Source of the DNA: Setoptus koraiensis | Taxonomy: Eukaryota; Animalia; Arthropoda | DNA length: 64,000 nucleotides | NCBI GenBank assembly: GCA_048013815.1 | Contig: CM106585.1 | Span: forward strand, 2,046,001-2,110,000 | Direction: 5' to 3' | Part shown: positions 59,787 through 64,000 of the stretch, one piece after another | Layout: every line of letters begins with the position of its first letter | Position numbering within the stretch: the first letter of the stretch is position 1 | The notes under the pieces: generated by a model | What the model was told of the DNA's origin: nothing | What the model saw: the letters and a program-made list of their open reading frames with translations, nothing else | Database searches by the model: none | Program-made: the position numbers and the translations under genes

Positions 59787-59840
59787 GTTGTTGTGTTGAC
59801 CAGTGGCCGTTGTTGTGTTGACCAGTGGCCGTTGTTGTGT
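59787..59840. repeat. 22-bp tandem duplication (GTTGTTGTGTTGACCAGTGGCC x~2.5)
   Basis: Two exact copies plus a partial third. Confidence 0.9.
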
Positions 59841-61555
59841 AAACTTGATCTTCTTTCGTTGCTGTCGCTCGCGATTTCGTAAACAAATTCGCCGTCGAAC
59901 AGAAACTTTCTCAGAAACTGCCAACATGTCCCAAGCGTATATTGCTGTGTGTATCGCCCTGTTTATAGCTGTGTATATCGCTGGCTATATCGCTGGATAT
60001 ATCGCTGGATATAGGCAGACGACGAGAGACAAAATTGCCGCATTTGCTTCACAATAACGGCGAGCAATTGCAATGGCGCCGATAATGGCGCCGCACAAGT
60101 GATAGTAAAAGTAAAAGCAATTGCAAGCACCCCAAATGACCTATGAGCCACATAGAGTCGTCGATGATAATGAGTCGTTAACTTGTGCGCCGAGCTCACA
60201 ATCAAAAGCAACAGCCTCGGCTAATGAGCAAACAAACCAAGACAACAGTGAACAAGAATGACTAATAACGGTTAACCTTTTGCATTAACGTTGCCCAAAA
60301 TACATAATAAAAAGCAAATCTATCAATCTATGTATCATCCGTTTTTCGCGCTTCTCGATCACTTGTTCTCAATCAGTTAGTCTCAATCAGTTAGTCTCAG
60401 TGAGTTGCTGCTCTCTATCAGTTAGCAGGTTTATTTTATCTCTCTTGTTGGTTGGCTTGGTTCACAAATGCTTGCAATAGGTTTGTTGCTATTGGTTGGT
60501 CACACAGTATACATACATAATGTATGCGTTACGTAATGCGTGTGTTATCCAAGTATATATATATTATGTAAGTGCAAGTGTGATGGCAAGTCGGATGGAG
60601 CCCGTCAGCAGAATAAGAGTTCATTCATTCATTTATTATTGATGTGAGACAGCAAATAAAAGGGCCATTCCAAACGAAACGAGCCACTCTTTACGGCCGC
60701 CACTTTCGCCGGCTGATGATACCTGTTCACTCAATGATTCAGTCAGTGCTGGAAACACTCAATTGAGAGTCAATTCAATTAATTTATAATTCATTTAGTT
60801 TATTTGAATATTCAATACTAGCAACAATATATAAATAAATAACTAATATACATGTATTAATGGTAATGAGATGAGCTCGCATGATTGAGCGACACAGACC
60901 CAGAAGCAGACCCAGAAGCAGCATTGGATAACTTTGGCTCTGAGATGACTCACAACACAATTAGCAACATTAGGTAATAAATCATTGGCCACTATTGACG
61001 ATTGATTATGCTATCATCAATTGATGGTCGCCATTGTGGCCGGCCAAATATTATAATGTGCATAATTTGTGTATTTACTTGAGTGGCTTTCATTCATTAC
61101 CTGGTGTCGTCTGCGAGCTGGTCTTATACTTTGTTTGCAGCAATAACGGTCAATAATTAAGGTTTCCGCATAGTACGGGCGCACGGTGACCAGCGTCCTC
61201 ATAATGAGATTAGATGAGACATTTGTATCAGGACTCGCACACTTGATTACCTAACAATCTTGAATTGCAAATATACGTATATACCCATTTGTACACTACA
61301 TTTGTATCTACAGCTTGTACACTACAAGATGTGTGTGTGTGTGTGTAATACAAAATACAGGTATATGCAAAAATAATTCTAGTCCAGGTAATTCCCGCTC
61401 TCTGCCGTGCTGAGCCATCATGCCGAATTGCACCTAGTCACTGGATGGTTGTAGTATGATAATTGCATTGTTTCGTGTCCATTACTCATCATTTTATAAT
61501 CATCATATCCATACATTCATACAACAACATAATCGCAATCGTCTCTCTGGTCGCC

Positions 61556-61595
61556 GGACTGGGCCGGAATGGACTGGACTGGACCGGACTGGATT
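61556..61595. repeat. Degenerate pentanucleotide tract (GGACT-like, 8 units)
   Basis: GGACT GGGCC GGAAT GGACT GGACT GGACC GGACT GGATT. Confidence 0.88.
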
Positions 61596-61896
61596 TAGCT
61601 AGTCGCACAGAAAATCATGAGAGATCGCGTTGAACGCAATAGTAGCCGGCCAAGGTAAAGTGGCGCGAAATGAAGCGAAATGAAATCAGAATAAATCGAG
61701 CTGAAACAAAATGAAACGAATCAAGATAAAACAAGATGAAAAGAAATAAATTAATAGTGTTTAACTGTAGAAAATGTACAGTATCTCTAATTGTTTCTGG
61801 CGCTGCAGCTGACCAACCGAAGTCACCGATTCACTTCCTAGATCAATTGCTGCCGTGTTGATGGTTTGATAGACGAAAAGTATAACGGCAACAACC

Positions 61897-61931
<35 letters not shown>

Positions 61932-64000
61932 ATTCGACAACAGCAAACGACGAGATGAGCGACCCGAGCAACAAACGTTGAACAAACAGCGACGAATCGC
62001 TGCCACTCGCAGCCAAGAATGTTAATTAAGATAGATGAGATATGAATTAAGTTATATAACTGATTATCGCGCAGCGAGTTTGCGCTAACGGATTCACGAA
62101 TGAGTGTAAATATTGTATCCCACATGATGATGTAACACCTTCCTTGACCGTTTACTATTTACTATTTATTTACTATTAGTTTTTTGTTTTTTTATTTCTA
62201 TTTGTCTTGATGTCGGGCTGCGATGTCGGCCAGTCGCAAATTCCAAGTTCGTTTCGACCGCCACAGTCCAGTTAGGCCGTTACACAACTGACCGTAGGCC
62301 ACAATGCCGAACCAGCTAAATAACTGCTGGCTTTATGATATTAAAATCATAATAATAATAATAATGTTCGTATGTTAGCGACGGTTGTGATGAATTGCGA
62401 AACAGGTACATTGTCTTACCCGATTAACGGTTATTGTGTGTGTTTATATCATATTATTATTATATTATATCATATCCTCCCATCCGTGCCTTTATCGCGG
62501 GCCTTTATCAATGCAAGGCTCGTCTCTTTATTCTCGCACTACAGGTGGATCACTACGTCTACTGCTACTACCGTTACTGCCACTACCTCTACTACTAATT
62601 CTACTACAACTACAACTGCAACTACAACTACTACTTCTACCTCTATTATCACTACCACTATTATCACTACCTCTATTATCACTAGCAGTGCCGCCACAAG
62701 TGCCGCTACTTCACTTGCAAAATCATCAGAACGAAGCCACTGAGTAGCTTATGTTATGTGTCATGTTTATAAACCGTTTAGCATGACTAGCGGTCAGTTT
62801 GTTGCAGTCGGTGGTGGTGGTCTGGCCAACTAGAATAATAAGAAAAAGATGGGATTATTGAATAGAGAGAAAGAGATGAGTAGTAAGAGCAAAATGATAG
62901 CGAGATAAAATTAGTGGTTATTTGTTGCGCTAACTAATACCGCTGATGCTAAACTACTGATGTCTCGAGTCTCATGTCTCATTTCATGGATATAATACCG
63001 ACTATTAGCTGGCCTTCCAGCCATTTGAGCAGCCGCATTACGTCACAACAACAACAACAACAACAGCAACAACAACAGCGCCAACTTGTGCCAGCGTAAC
63101 AGCGGCCGTTTAACCTTTATCAAATCGTCTTGTTGTTTCATTCAGCTCGTTGCAGTTATTGGCCTGATAACCGCTCAAACATTATATAACATATAAACGC
63201 ATATGAACAGCGACAACAAAGGCCATGCAAATTAGTTAAGCTGCCAACAGGAAGTTGGCTCGCTGGTCAATCGTTGAGACAGTACAGTGTTGAACGCAAA
63301 CAATGGCACTGTTTTTGTGTGAGTGCTTGATATGAGAGCAACAATGATTTGATTGTTTTCATATCATATAGTGTTTGTGTGCCACTTGTAACAATCGCGA
63401 GACATCACACTTGTTTAGATGGGAAACCTTCTCTTGTAAAACAGCGGCCAATTCGATGGGTCGCAATTAATTTGGCAAGCACCATTGGCCGTAGATTACG
63501 TGAAGGTCGCCGCTGATGTGGCCCGCGTCACGTGAATCAGTTCAGTTGACTCGATCTATTTTATCAAGACAGCGCTGATGAACTAAACCAACAAGTCCAT
63601 AGCGTGTCTCTGGTAATATCTGTAGCAGCATAAAGAATTGCCCCAGACCTGTTGCGACCACAAGCTACCCAAACGATTGTGTTGCATAATTTTATGTGTT
63701 GTTGGTGGCAACAAATTGATGCATTAGATGCGAATTTGGTGTTGGGGTGCAAAGGTAAGAGAGTGCGAGAGAATCGTTATTATCAGATCAGCCTTAAAAA
63801 ACTTAAATTTGCAACTTATCGGCATGCAACTCTTTATCGCCACTATAGGAGTGGCCGTAGAAACGAGCGAGCGAGCGAGCAAACAAACGACCGACAAACG
63901 AACAAACAAACAAGCTGACAACTATCGTTACAGATAGAAATTTTTAATGATATGCATTAGAATGCCCTTTTGATTTCTATAGTAATTGAACCAATAATTT

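Noticed and set aside
61426-61445. AATTGCACCTAGTC resembling miR-92; likewise AATGGCACTG at ~63302 resembling miR-263
   Set aside because: Only seed-length matches, and no precursor hairpin in the flanks.
62372-62747. Thr-rich mucin-like ORF
   Set aside because: Built from (ACT)n and 15-bp repeats, with no signal peptide or convincing splice context.

Overview
Eukaryotic genomic DNA with GT-AG introns mostly 80-350 nt long. The gene set looks arthropod, most like a compact acariform mite genome; this is inferred from gene families and intron sizes, not determined. The ORF track uses bacterial start codons and ignores introns, so I rebuilt gene models by hand. Supported genes, in order: the 3' end of a PTP-fold protein with a defective catalytic loop; a secreted Cys-rich protein; a FAM107-family protein; a GH18 chitinase with a PT-rich linker and CBM14; an intronless homeodomain + POU-specific + K50-homeodomain protein; a DH-PH RhoGEF (Asef/collybistin-like); PIGT; TMEM14; a secreted three-finger (Ly6-like) protein; a tetraspanin; a secreted orphan; CCT6; a copine; and one ~2,419-aa secreted Gln-rich protein that joins the two largest ORFs across a single intron. 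The non-genic parts contain a TG..CA element with a 4-bp TSD, a Tc1-like transposase remnant, several heavily decayed TE or gene relics (low confidence), two dispersed repeat pairs, a pseudogenised copy of part of the Gln-rich gene, a perfect 46-bp palindrome, and two microsatellite-rich non-coding blocks (about 19.9-23.1 kb and 51-64 kb). I recognised no rRNA, tRNA or CRISPR array. The most novel-looking items are the HD-POU-HD(K50) transcription factor and the giant Gln-rich secreted protein.
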